A DNA stretch of 64,000 bases from an uncultured Gammaproteobacteria bacterium (GTDB lineage: Bacteria; Pseudomonadota; Gammaproteobacteria; Arenicellales; JAANXG01): positions 75,073-139,072 of the forward strand of contig CAMYNL010000013.1 in NCBI GenBank assembly GCA_947259705.1, given 5' to 3'. Below are positions 36,118 through 45,294 of this stretch, piece by piece (positions within the stretch are counted from its first letter, which is position 1; each line of letters starts with the position of its first letter). The notes under the pieces are model-generated. The model ran no database searches and was not told the origin of the DNA. It was given only the letters and a program-made list of their open reading frames with translations. The position numbers and the translations under genes were made by a program.

Positions 36118-38412
36118 TCATTGACCTGCCGTGCCTTGTTCGCGCTCGAGCTGTTTCAAAACCGCGGCGCTGAAGTCACCGGTCAGCAGGCTTGCCTGCA
36201 ACAGGTCGGGCAAAACGCCCGAGAGGTTGAGGTTAAGCGCGATCGGGTAGCCATCGTACACTTGCGGGTTGTTTCCCTCCAGACGCAGGCGTACGGCGTA
36301 ATTCCCGTCAGAGCGGTAGGTCAGTGTCGCGTTCAAGACTTTATACCTTAAATCCCGCAAGGCCCTGAGGGCCAGGTTGTCGACACCGGGCGCATCGTTG
36401 TCGTTTGCTGGTCGATACCGGATGTGTCCAGGGACGGTGCTGAACAGCACGGCATGTTCGACCCTGGGCCCCTGTGGCGAGATTACGATTGGCAGCGAGC
36501 CGTCCAGGGTCCCCTCTCCGCTGAGGGCCTCCTGTCCCAGGAACTCAAGCAATTGCGACAGATCGATGCCCGCCAGGTCCACCACCGTGCGCGGCGTCTG
36601 CGAACCATCCAGCGACAGGCTGAAGGGCGCCAGCGACAGCGAGCCACCCAGCATCTCCACCCCCGCCTGGCTGACTCCCAATTCACCAGGGGACCAGCGT
36701 CCAGCCATATACAGGTTCCGCCAGGACGCACCGCCGGCCAGGCGACCCTGCTGCGCGGAAAGCCGAAATGCAGCGGCTGGAGGCAACAGCTCTGCCGAGG
36801 TTGCTTCCACGGTCATGCCGGAGAACTCCGATTCCACCAGCTTGCCATCGACCTGCCTGGCGCTGATGTTCGCCGCGCTGCGATACTTATCGTCATTCCA
36901 TTCGATGTCGATGCTGGCATTGAGTGTCCCGGCATTCAAGTTAAGGGTCCGCTTCGGTATCCCCGTCAGCGGCCGACCCCAGTCCAGCAATAACGGTGCC
37001 GGGGCCGTCAGGTTGACGCGCAGGCTGCCGTCGCGCTCGTGGACGTTGAGATGCCAGTCCGTCATGCCTGGCTGCGGGATATCCATGCTGCCGCTGGCCG
37101 CGATGGACTTGGGCGTCGACTGCCATTGTCCCTGCAGGCCGGCACCGCGTAGACCCGGCGGCCAGTTCGACAGGCGCAGGTTTGAGATCGAAACATCGCC
37201 CGACCAGTTCTGGAACGAGTCGTCCAGGCGCCGCAGCGTGGTGCTGAGCCGGGCGGCGACGACATCGGTGGTCTGCAGCTGCAGGGTGTTTAGCGATAAA
37301 CGGCCGGTGCTGGCATTGTCCCGCAGTTGCCAGTCGGGATTGCCGCCCCGCAGCACCATGCCGTCCTTGCGGATTGCATACAGGGTGCCGTCCCCGGTCC
37401 CCGCGATGTCCAGGCCGGCCTGCTGCGGCCAGCTTCCGGTGACCTCATAGCCGGTGGCCAGCCCCAGTTCGACTGCGATCACCTCGGAGCTGCGTGCCTG
37501 GTCAGCATCTGTCAGGATCACGCGCAGCGTACCTGGAGCCTGCGACCGCCATCGCCACTGTCCGATGCTGCCGGTGACGCCGCCCGCCAGCTCGCCACTG
37601 GACCGGTATTGCTGCCACTGCAGGTTTTGCCAGCCAAGCCGGCCGTCGATCGACCAGCGCTGGTCCGGTTTCACTTCACCGGTCGCGTGCAGCGAGCCCT
37701 CCTGCAGCTGCAAGGCCGCGATGGCGTCGCGGTATCCCGGCGGTAATAGGGACGTGTTCTGCGCCCATGCCAAGGTGGCGGGCAGGTCGGCATCGGCAAC
37801 GAAGCCGGTCGGCGAACTGCCATCCAGGGACAGCGTCCCTCTGAGGAAGGACCCGGCATCGCCGGCCTGTGCGATCTTGCCCTCGAGCACGGGCCCTGCG
37901 GCGTCATATCGCAGGCTCACAACGCCGAGTTCATCGCTGAGCCGCAGCTCAGCCGACCCCGCCGAGGCCTGACCACTGACAAGACCGTTGAAGCGCACCG
38001 GTCCCACCGGGCTGGTCAGGTCGATTCGCAGGTCGGCCACATTCAGGGGCGGCAGCAGCGGCAGCTGTGGCTCGGCCCGGTCCCGCGCGGCGGGCGGGGG
38101 ACGCACATCACCGGTTACCCTGACCTGCCCCGCCGCAATGCGTCGCAGTGAGCGAGACCACGGATCGTAGTCCACCTCCAGATCCTTGACCGCAAGGACC
38201 ACGTCGCCGAGGTCGGACCGTGTGGACAGATCCAAAGCCGTGATCTCCAGACGGTTCCAGTTGATCCTGCCGACATCCACGCGGGCAATGTCGATGCCCC
38301 GTGTCGCCGCGTCATAACGTATCGCATAGGCGACAAGCTCGGGGGCGTAGCGCCATACCCCCACCATGACACCGACCAGCAGAATTGCTAGGAGAAGGAT
38401 GACTTTACGCAT
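36118..38412 (-). CDS. ydbH: YdbH (AsmA-like, DUF748-type) intermembrane lipid-transfer protein
   Basis: N-terminal TM anchor MRKVILLLAILLVGVMVGVW, then a ~750 aa beta-rich repetitive body. Sits first in the conserved ydbH-ynbE-ydbL order. Confidence 0.8.
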   Translation of the reverse strand: MRKVILLLAILLVGVMVGVWRYAPELVAYAIRYDAATRGIDIARVDVGRINWNRLEITALDLSTRSDLGDVVLAVKDLEVDYDPWSRSLRRIAAGQVRVTGDVRPPPAARDRAEPQLPLLPPLNVADLRIDLTSPVGPVRFNGLVSGQASAGSAELRLSDELGVVSLRYDAAGPVLEGKIAQAGDAGSFLRGTLSLDGSSPTGFVADADLPATLAWAQNTSLLPPGYRDAIAALQLQEGSLHATGEVKPDQRWSIDGRLGWQNLQWQQYRSSGELAGGVTGSIGQWRWRSQAPGTLRVILTDADQARSSEVIAVELGLATGYEVTGSWPQQAGLDIAGTGDGTLYAIRKDGMVLRGGNPDWQLRDNASTGRLSLNTLQLQTTDVVAARLSTTLRRLDDSFQNWSGDVSISNLRLSNWPPGLRGAGLQGQWQSTPKSIAASGSMDIPQPGMTDWHLNVHERDGSLRVNLTAPAPLLLDWGRPLTGIPKRTLNLNAGTLNASIDIEWNDDKYRSAANISARQVDGKLVESEFSGMTVEATSAELLPPAAAFRLSAQQGRLAGGASWRNLYMAGRWSPGELGVSQAGVEMLGGSLSLAPFSLSLDGSQTPRTVVDLAGIDLSQLLEFLGQEALSGEGTLDGSLPIVISPQGPRVEHAVLFSTVPGHIRYRPANDNDAPGVDNLALRALRDLRYKVLNATLTYRSDGNYAVRLRLEGNNPQVYDGYPIALNLNLSGVLPDLLQASLLTGDFSAAVLKQLEREQGTAGQ

Positions 38413-38451
38413 CGGCGGACAAGTTAGGACCTCGCAGGCATAATAGCGCAC

Positions 38452-38862
38452 ATGCTGTCAGCCGGCGTAGTGGTCGTTCGCAACCTGGAGTCGGCGCCGT
38501 TGTTCCTGTTGCTGCGCAGTTACCGTTACTGGGATTTTCCCAAAGGCGAGATCTCTCTCGGCGAAGATCCACTTGCGGCGGCGGTGCGGGAAGTCCGCGA
38601 AGAAACGACCTTGACCGATCTGCTGTTTCGTTGGGGTCGGGTGTGCTGCGAGACGCCGCCCTACAGTGGCGGAAAGGTAGCGCGTTACTACCTCGCGGAA
38701 TGCGGCAGCGGGAAGGTGGAGTTGCCGGTCAACCCGGAACTGGGCCGACCGGAACACCACGAGTTCCGGTGGCTGCGCCACCATCAAGCCAGGCCCTTGC
38801 TGGTGGATCGTGTCGGCGCGGTGCTGGCCTGGGCGACGGGGTGCATCGAGGAGGTGGATTAG
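38452..38862 (+). CDS. NUDIX hydrolase
   Basis: Nudix box GEISLGEDPLAAAVREVREETTL (G.5E.7REVxEE.G-like). Confidence 0.85.
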   Translation: MLSAGVVVVRNLESAPLFLLLRSYRYWDFPKGEISLGEDPLAAAVREVREETTLTDLLFRWGRVCCETPPYSGGKVARYYLAECGSGKVELPVNPELGRPEHHEFRWLRHHQARPLLVDRVGAVLAWATGCIEEVD

Positions 38863-39738
38863 ATGACAACTGCTTTACCGCGCCACTTGGTGCGGGCGTC
38901 AAGACTACTGGTTTGTGCGTTGTTGGCGCCATCTGTCGCGACCGCTCAGCTCGCGCCGCAATTGATCGTCTCCGGCCCGGCCGAGCTTGCGCGGCCGCAT
39001 GATCTGGTGCTGGATCCGGCTGGGCGCTGGCTCTACGTGGCGGACATGAACAACGATTCGGTCGCCGTGCTGGACCCGGACTCGCTGGCCCTGGCGGGTC
39101 GAATCGGCGTCGGGGAGCTGGCGAAACCGCACGACGTTGCCTTTGGTCCGGACGGCCGGTTGCTGGTGGCCGACACGGCCAACAGCAGGATTGCCGTGTA
39201 TGAACTCAGCGGTACCACGGGGCTGCTGGTTGCGGAGATCACCGCGGGCCTGAACTGGACCGAAGGCGTGGCCGCGGCCCCGGGCGGGGACCTGTACGCA
39301 AGCAATGTGGGTGGCAGCGATGTGGCCAGGTTCCGCGCCGGTAGACTGATACGGAAGAACGGCGCTTCAGGAAACGCGCCGGGGCAGTTGATTCGCCCTC
39401 ATGACATCGACGTGGCGGCGGATGGGCGTCTGTTCATCGCCGATCCCGGCAACCACCGTATACAGATCTGGAACGCGGACCTGCAGCCGATCACCGAGCT
39501 GCGGCATGCGTTCAATGAACCCAAATATTTCGATCTCGCTGCGGACGGATGGCTTTATGTTGCCGATCAGCATAACAACGTGATCAAGGTGTTCGATGCC
39601 GGGCTGGAGCGGGTGGTCGAGTTCGGGGAGGGTATCCTGAACCTGCCGGAGGGGGTGGAGGTGGCCGGTCAACGGATATGGATTGCGGACACCTACAATG
39701 ACCGCGTGCGGCTTTTTCGGTGGGTCCGGCGGCCATGA
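38863..39738 (+). CDS. Secreted NHL-repeat beta-propeller protein
   Basis: Signal peptide, then 5-6 repeats of the form L..PHD......G.L.VAD..N..I.V(F/W/Y). Confidence 0.8.
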   Translation: MTTALPRHLVRASRLLVCALLAPSVATAQLAPQLIVSGPAELARPHDLVLDPAGRWLYVADMNNDSVAVLDPDSLALAGRIGVGELAKPHDVAFGPDGRLLVADTANSRIAVYELSGTTGLLVAEITAGLNWTEGVAAAPGGDLYASNVGGSDVARFRAGRLIRKNGASGNAPGQLIRPHDIDVAADGRLFIADPGNHRIQIWNADLQPITELRHAFNEPKYFDLAADGWLYVADQHNNVIKVFDAGLERVVEFGEGILNLPEGVEVAGQRIWIADTYNDRVRLFRWVRRP

Positions 39739-39935
39739 TGCGTCGTTCGAACCTGGCAGTACGCACGGCAGCGCCGACTGTGCGGACTGCTACACTACCG
39801 GTGGTCGGCGGTTGCGGTTCGCTGCGGGAGTCCGTGCAGGGCAACGCGCATCAGGGCAACTACCGTCGTCATCGCAGCCGCCAACTGGTGGTGGCCAGCG
39901 CACAGCGGGTTGAGCGGGCAAGCGGATAACGGTAA

Positions 39936-40283
39936 ATGACAATAGACTTAGAAGAGTTCGAACGATTGTTACGCCGCCGCCGTGAAGAGATCCTCCATAC
40001 TACCGAGTTGAGGGAGCAGGCGGCGCAGCCGGTGGAGCTTGACCAGTCGCGGGTGGGGCGCCTGTCACGCATGGACGATCTGCAGTCCCAGGCGATTTCG
40101 GTGGCTGCGAAGGAACGGGTCCGCCTCGAACTGGGCCGCATCGGTCAGGCCCTCGACCGTATGCGTAACGGTGAATACGGGCACTGCCTCGAGTGTGGCG
40201 AAGCGATCAGCGTCGGCAGGTTGCGGATAGAGCCCGCTACGCCGCACTGCATCGATTGCGCGCGCAAGCGGGAGAATGTATGA
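39936..40283 (+). CDS. TraR/DksA family C4 zinc-finger protein
   Basis: Coiled N-terminal part plus GHCLECGEAISVGRLRIEPATPHCIDCA. Confidence 0.8.
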   Translation: MTIDLEEFERLLRRRREEILHTTELREQAAQPVELDQSRVGRLSRMDDLQSQAISVAAKERVRLELGRIGQALDRMRNGEYGHCLECGEAISVGRLRIEPATPHCIDCARKRENV

Positions 40284-40311
40284 GACCCGGCCGCGGCCGG
40301 CCCGCACAGGT

Positions 40312-40518
40312 CTAGATGATTCTTACCCGATGCGCCTCGGCGGTTGCCCGATTGTGACTGATGGAGAAGGTGACGCGCTGGCCGCTATGCAGGCTCACAT
40401 CCGGGTCCGCTAAGTCCCGGGAACGCACCAAGATATCGTCACCGCTTTCCGGTCGTATGAAGCCGTAGCCTTTGTCGGGGTCAAACCAGGTGACCCTGCC
40501 GTAGTGCCGGTATGCCAT
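40312..40518 (-). CDS. Cold-shock domain protein (CspA family)
   Basis: GRVTWFDPDKGYGFIRPESGDDILV contains RNP1/RNP2-like motifs. Confidence 0.9.
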   Translation of the reverse strand: MAYRHYGRVTWFDPDKGYGFIRPESGDDILVRSRDLADPDVSLHSGQRVTFSISHNRATAEAHRVRII

Positions 40519-40679
40519 AGTCTCCTCCTTAAGTCTTCGGTTGACGGGTCGGGGCTGATCACCCCTGCGCGAGCGCTAAGTTACTGGCGGTGGTAGCGGC
40601 GGGCAAGGGAAATCGGACGAGCCAGCCTATCCGCTTCCGGACGGGCCGGTGGTGGTAAAGAGACCGAAAATCTGTCTGT

Positions 40680-40770
40680 CATGAGTCTAATGTAATTTAT
40701 CTTTATTATTAGATAACACACTATTATTTATATATATTTATAACAAGTTACGGTCCCGATTTCAGGCACG
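40680..40770 (-). promoter_or_regulatory. Extreme AT-rich island, probable csp promoter/UP element preceding a long 5' UTR
   Basis: About 90 bp at roughly 80% A+T in a ~65% GC genome, 160-250 nt upstream of the csp start. On the minus strand it reads TTGTTA-N17-TAGTGT, a weak -35/-10 candidate. Confidence 0.35.
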
Positions 40771-40827
40771 CGGGCCTAGCCGGGGTGACGCAATGGGGCA
40801 GGCTCCGGCGGTACCGTAAGTTCAGTT

Positions 40828-41316
40828 CTACGCCTCGGCGCTGCAGCGCGCGCAGACGCCGCGGACCTCGATGGTGCGGGTGCGCGGCAAGAAGCCAAGG
40901 CGCTCGGCGTGGCCCTGCAGCGCGTCGATCAGTGAGGGATCAGAGATTTCGGCGATGGCGTCGCAGCGTTCGCAGATAAAGAACTGACCGGCATGCCGGG
41001 CACCGGGATCGGCGCAGCCGACGAAGGCGTTGAGCGACTCGATGCGGTGTATCAGCCCGGCGCGCTCGAGAAAATCGAGTGCCCGATAGGCGGTGGGTGG
41101 CGCCGGTCGGTGTCCCAGCTCCTTGAGTCGTTCCAGGATTTCGTAGGCGCGCGCCGGTGTGTGGCGGTGCCAGACGAGCTCCAGTACTTGCCGGCGCAGC
41201 GGAGTCAGTCGCAGCCCGGCCGCAGCACAGACCTGCTCGGCCGCTTTCAGGGCGTCGTCCAGGCAACGCCGGTGATTGTGTTTACCCCGGAAGGGAGTGA
41301 TGACGCGGCTGCCCAT
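40828..41316 (-). CDS. zur: Fur-family metalloregulator, Zur-like
   Basis: LTPLRRQVLELVW......AYEILERL......PPTAYRALDFLERAGLIHRIESLNAFVGC...H...FFICERC and terminal GVCARC match proteobacterial Zur. Confidence 0.8.
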   Translation of the reverse strand: MGSRVITPFRGKHNHRRCLDDALKAAEQVCAAAGLRLTPLRRQVLELVWHRHTPARAYEILERLKELGHRPAPPTAYRALDFLERAGLIHRIESLNAFVGCADPGARHAGQFFICERCDAIAEISDPSLIDALQGHAERLGFLPRTRTIEVRGVCARCSAEA

Positions 41317-41406
41317 GATTGTCAGGTTCGTTGCAACTGTCGGCGGACATTCTAGCACTGCGACAGCGGCGCTCTCCCCCAGGCCGCGCCCGACGCGCAT
41401 ACACGA

Positions 41407-42711
41407 TCAGCGTTGCTGCAGATAACCCCAGGCCTGCAGACGTTGATAGGCATGCTGGGCTGCCTGGCCCTGATTGACGCTGCGCAGGTAGCGATAATAC
41501 TGCGCCGCCGCGCCACTCCGGTCCTGCATGCTTTCCAGGGCGATGCCCTTGAGAAAGACGGTATTCGGATTTCCCGGCAGCCGCTTTTCATAGCCGTCAA
41601 AGGCGCGGAAGGCCGCCGCATAGCGGCCCCGGGAGAGCTTGCTGATGCCGTCAAAGTGATGGGACTGCGCCTCTGCGGGATAGATTCCCTTCGCCTTCTC
41701 GAAGAACCGTTCCGCCTCGACCGTTCGCTCCTGCGCCAGCAGTGCCTTGCCGAGCAGCATGTTGCCGGTGTAGTCATCCGGCGCGAGTGCTACCGCCTCG
41801 CGTAAGTAGCCTTCAGCCTGCCGGTATTGTTTCCTGGCCATCTTCTGCTCGCCCTCCTGTTGTTTCTTGATCGCCGGCTTCAATTCGCGCAGCGCGGCCA
41901 TATTGTCCTGGAAACGTTCCCGCTGCAGGGGCAGGCGGGCGTCCTCGATATAGCGCGTGGCCACCGCCTGCTGGGCATAGCGGTAGCGTTCGTCGCTGGG
42001 CGGGTGGGTGGCGAACATCAGTTCCAGTGCGTTGGGGTCGCTTTGCCGTTGGCTGCGCAGCACGTCCATCAGGCCAACCATGCCCTCGGGGTTGTAACCG
42101 GCGCGTGTCATATATTCCAGTCCCAGCCTGTCGCTTTCCCGCTCGTTGTCCCGACTGTAATGGGCCAACAGGGCGCCGGCCCCTAGAGAGCCCAGCGTCG
42201 TCACCAGGTTGCCCAGCCCGGCATCCTTGCTTCCGGCGTAGATGCCCCCGCCCATGACCGCCGCCTGGGCGATCATGGTCTTGCCGGCCTGCTCCGCCGC
42301 ATGCCTGGCCGAGACATGACCGACTTCATGGCCAAGCAGCCCCGCCAGCTCTGCCTCGTTTTCCAGATCAACGAGAATCCCGCGGGTGACGCCTATGCTG
42401 CCGCCAGGGAAGGCATAGGCATTGACATGATTGGCGTTCACGGCACGGAACGAGTAGGGCATCTGCGGGCGGTGGGAGTTGGCCGCCAGGCTCTCGCCGA
42501 CGCCGGACAGATAATCGTTCACCGGCGCTTCCTGTACGGCGCCGTAGTCGGCCGAAAACTGATGTGGGGAGTTGCTTCGGTCGAGCTGGATCTCCTGTGC
42601 CTCGCTCATGCCTACGAGCACCGTCTTGCCGGTCACCGGGTCGGTTGCGCAGCCGTGCAGCAGCCCACCGCCGGCGACCGACATCAGCCATAGGAAATCC
42701 CGGCGAGTCAT
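41407..42711 (-). CDS. M48-family metalloprotease with C-terminal TPR repeats (BepA/YfgC-like), lipoprotein
   Basis: RRDFLW...LLHGC leader and lipobox, HEVGHVSARH zinc motif, and a TPR-like C-terminus. Confidence 0.85.
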   Translation of the reverse strand: MTRRDFLWLMSVAGGGLLHGCATDPVTGKTVLVGMSEAQEIQLDRSNSPHQFSADYGAVQEAPVNDYLSGVGESLAANSHRPQMPYSFRAVNANHVNAYAFPGGSIGVTRGILVDLENEAELAGLLGHEVGHVSARHAAEQAGKTMIAQAAVMGGGIYAGSKDAGLGNLVTTLGSLGAGALLAHYSRDNERESDRLGLEYMTRAGYNPEGMVGLMDVLRSQRQSDPNALELMFATHPPSDERYRYAQQAVATRYIEDARLPLQRERFQDNMAALRELKPAIKKQQEGEQKMARKQYRQAEGYLREAVALAPDDYTGNMLLGKALLAQERTVEAERFFEKAKGIYPAEAQSHHFDGISKLSRGRYAAAFRAFDGYEKRLPGNPNTVFLKGIALESMQDRSGAAAQYYRYLRSVNQGQAAQHAYQRLQAWGYLQQR

Positions 42712-42893
42712 AGACCGCCGGAACACCCGGTCCCCCAGCTCATGGGGCATATTCGGGTGTCCCGTTGTTCAACAATTTAGGCATGCTGCAGCGCATGGGA
42801 TTAAGGTTCCATAAGTGCCGGCAAAGTGCAAGGGTGGGGGGTGGTTATCAAGACTACGCAGCCGACGAAGGCGCGATATAATGCGCGGGGAGA

Positions 42894-43097
42894 ATGGATG
42901 GAGAGACCCAAGTGGAGCCACCCGAGATCGTTGATATTGAAGAACACGCCGAGTCCGTGAAATGCGACGGGGGTGAGATCTTTGGCCACCCCATGGTCTA
43001 CCTGACCTTCGGGGACGAGGACAGCGTGGATTGCTACTACTGCGGCCGCCGCTTCGTGCGATTGGTATCGGCGCAAGAGGACACGGATGTCGCGTGA
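42894..43097 (+). CDS. zf-CHCC zinc-finger domain protein
   Basis: [33 protein letters not shown] matches the zf-CHCC family pattern. TATAAT at about 42877 and GGGGAG RBS lie upstream. Confidence 0.7.
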   Translation: MDGETQVEPPEIVDIEEHAESVKCDGGEIFGHPMVYLTFGDEDSVDCYYCGRRFVRLVSAQEDTDVA

Positions 43098-43359
43098 GCG
43101 GCGCTCGCGGCCGGCCACCGCGCTCATGCGCGGCCTCGTGAAGGGTTACAAGTGGACCTTGTCGCCGCTGCTGGGTCCGCGCTGCCGCTATCTGCCCACC
43201 TGCGCCGACTATGCGGACGAGGCGCTGCAGCGGCATGGAGCTTTACGAGGCAGCTGGCTGGCCGTCAGGCGGATCGCGCGCTGCCATCCCTGGGGTAGCC
43301 ATGGCTACGACCCGGTGCCGCATAAGACCGCGTCCCGAACACCGGAGTCGCCGACCTGA
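43087..43359 (+). CDS. yidD: Membrane protein insertion efficiency factor YidD
   Basis: [58 protein letters not shown]. Overlaps the upstream gene by 11 nt. Confidence 0.85.
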   Translation: MSRERRSRPATALMRGLVKGYKWTLSPLLGPRCRYLPTCADYADEALQRHGALRGSWLAVRRIARCHPWGSHGYDPVPHKTASRTPESPT

Positions 43360-43577
43360 GCGACCGCGCGCCGTTCCTCCGCGCATTTACCCGCCGCCAA
43401 GCACGCCACGCGTCGACGACGCCATCGCCATGCCCAAGGAGAGTCCCGTCGCCAGCCGCCGTGTCGCCGGCCTCTGGGTAGGGCCTTCCATATCTGCTGC
43501 CGGTATACTCAGAAAACGCTGGCCTGGAGCCTCGGGGGCACGGTCCGTACGCAGCAGAATTCACTAAAGATCCTGGC

Positions 43578-44702
43578 ATGAACACCAAGACCGTAACGAC
43601 ATTGGCGCTGATTTTCGCTACCGCCTGTGACACCACGCCGGCCGCCGACCCGGTCGGCTCGCAACAACACCGGTTCAGAGTCGAAGCCGTCGCGGACAAT
43701 CTGAATCATCCCTGGTCAATGGCCTTCCTGCCGGGCGGAGACATGCTGGTCACCGAGCGTCCGGGCCGACTGCGGCTGATCCGGGACGGCCGATTACTGC
43801 GTGAACCGGTCGCCGGAATACCGCCGGTCACGGCCGGTGGACAAGGCGGTTTGCTTGACGTCGCCGTGCATCCCGGGTTTGCGAACAACGGGTTGGTCTA
43901 CCTGTCCTATGCCGCCGCCCGAGACGGGGGTGTGGGCACCGAGGTAGCGCGCGGGGTGCTGGCGGGGGACCGCCTGGATCAGGTCGAGGTCATTTTTCGG
44001 GCGCTGCCCAAGCGGCGCGGCGGCCGGCATTTTGGCTCGCGCCTGCTGTTCGCAGCGGACGGTTCGCTGTTCATCTCGCTGGGTGACCGCGGCCATCGTC
44101 CCAACGGTCAGGACCAGGGCACCCACCCGGGATCGATGATCCGGCTGCGCGACGACGGAAGCGTCCCGGGCGACAATCCCTTCTTCGGCGCTGCGGGTGC
44201 GCGCCCCGAGATCTACAGTTACGGGCACCGTAATGTCCAGGGCATGGCGCTGCGGCCCGGCACCAACGAGATCTGGACCCACGAGCACGGACCCCAGGGC
44301 GGCGACGAGTTGAACCTGCTGCTCCCGGGCCGCAATTACGGCTGGGCCCAGATCACCTACGGCGCCAACTACGGTACGGGCACCGACATCGGAACAGGCA
44401 CCCACCAGGCAGGCATGGAGCAGCCGGCATGGTACTGGGTGCCGTCCATAGCCCCGTCGGGCATGGCATTTTATATTGGCGATCGCTTTCCTCGCTGGCG
44501 CGGAAACATCCTGCTTGGCGCACTCAAGTACCAGATGTTGGTGCGGCTGGAAGTCAGCGACGGCAAGGTACTCCACGAGGAACGAATGCTGAAAGAGAAG
44601 TTCGGGCGTATACGCGACGTCCGGGTGGGTCCGGACGGACTGGTCTACCTGTTGACCGACGAGAGCGACGGCGCGCTGCTGCGGCTGGTGCCGGCGGATT
44701 GA
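43578..44702 (+). CDS. PQQ-dependent soluble sugar (aldose/sorbosone) dehydrogenase, lipoprotein
   Basis: Lipobox IFATAC, then LNHPWSMAFLPGGDMLVTERPGRLRLI, HFGSRLLF and YSYGHRNVQG, typical of the YliI/Asd family. Confidence 0.85.
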   Translation: MNTKTVTTLALIFATACDTTPAADPVGSQQHRFRVEAVADNLNHPWSMAFLPGGDMLVTERPGRLRLIRDGRLLREPVAGIPPVTAGGQGGLLDVAVHPGFANNGLVYLSYAAARDGGVGTEVARGVLAGDRLDQVEVIFRALPKRRGGRHFGSRLLFAADGSLFISLGDRGHRPNGQDQGTHPGSMIRLRDDGSVPGDNPFFGAAGARPEIYSYGHRNVQGMALRPGTNEIWTHEHGPQGGDELNLLLPGRNYGWAQITYGANYGTGTDIGTGTHQAGMEQPAWYWVPSIAPSGMAFYIGDRFPRWRGNILLGALKYQMLVRLEVSDGKVLHEERMLKEKFGRIRDVRVGPDGLVYLLTDESDGALLRLVPAD

Positions 44703-44720
44703 ACGGCGGCTGGCGGCGGT

Positions 44721-45077
44721 ACTCCACTTCGTTCTCGCATACGGCGCCGCGGGAAACAGGGGTCGTTGCGGGTGCCGACCTCGTTCATCGACAAGGCCTG
44801 GCGTCCGTGTTTCACAAGGTCTTCAATTTGTTTTCGCGATCCATTCGCAGCAGGCGGTGCGCTAGCTCACGGAATAGCAGGTCGAGAGGAGAGTGAGAAC
44901 GTGGTCAGTTTCGCACTGGTGGAATTCAACCCGCTGGTCGATCCGACGTATGTCTCCGCCATCAATGCCAACCGCATAGTCCGCGAGTGCCTCACCGGCA
45001 TCGCGATGCGCAAGATGGTCCTCACCGACAAGTATCACCTGAGCCCACTGACAACTGACCACGGCCGACGCAGATAG
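44721..45077 (+). pseudogene. Ureohydrolase (arginase/agmatinase/formimidoylglutamase family) 3' remnant with frameshift
   Basis: One frame gives FSHTAPRETGVVAGADLVHRQGL (compare D.A.APGTGTP..GGLT.R..L). Another gives NVVSFALVEFNPLVDPTYVSAINANRIVRECL (compare vv.fDvvEv.P..D..g.Ta.lAa.l..e.l). The N-terminal ~180 aa are absent. Confidence 0.5.
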
Positions 45078-45294
45078 AGCGGGATCGCGGCGGGGAGCGC
45101 CGGGACATGGGACGGCCGGCCTTTCCCTCCGAACGCTCGCGGTGGTTTCGCCGCATGGGCCGTCCTGTGCCCGCAACGAACGGTGCTCCCGGGTCAGGTA
45201 AATTTTCGCTCAGGCGATGGCGCGGCTCGCGCCCGGCCGGCGCCACAGGCGTGATACAGTTGCGCATCCCGAATCTGGACCCGGTCGAACAAAA

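Noticed and set aside
36377-37450. 357-aa plus-strand ORF inside ydbH
   Set aside because: It is a Ser/Pro/Arg/Cys-rich antisense artefact. The minus strand encodes the YdbH protein in the conserved ydbH-ynbE-ydbL operon.
40680-40770. Zur box in the AT-rich island next to zur
   Set aside because: The GTTAT elements occur as direct rather than inverted repeats. I could not build the TGTTAT-N-ATAACA-type palindrome expected for Zur or Fur boxes. The region is also downstream of zur, not upstream.
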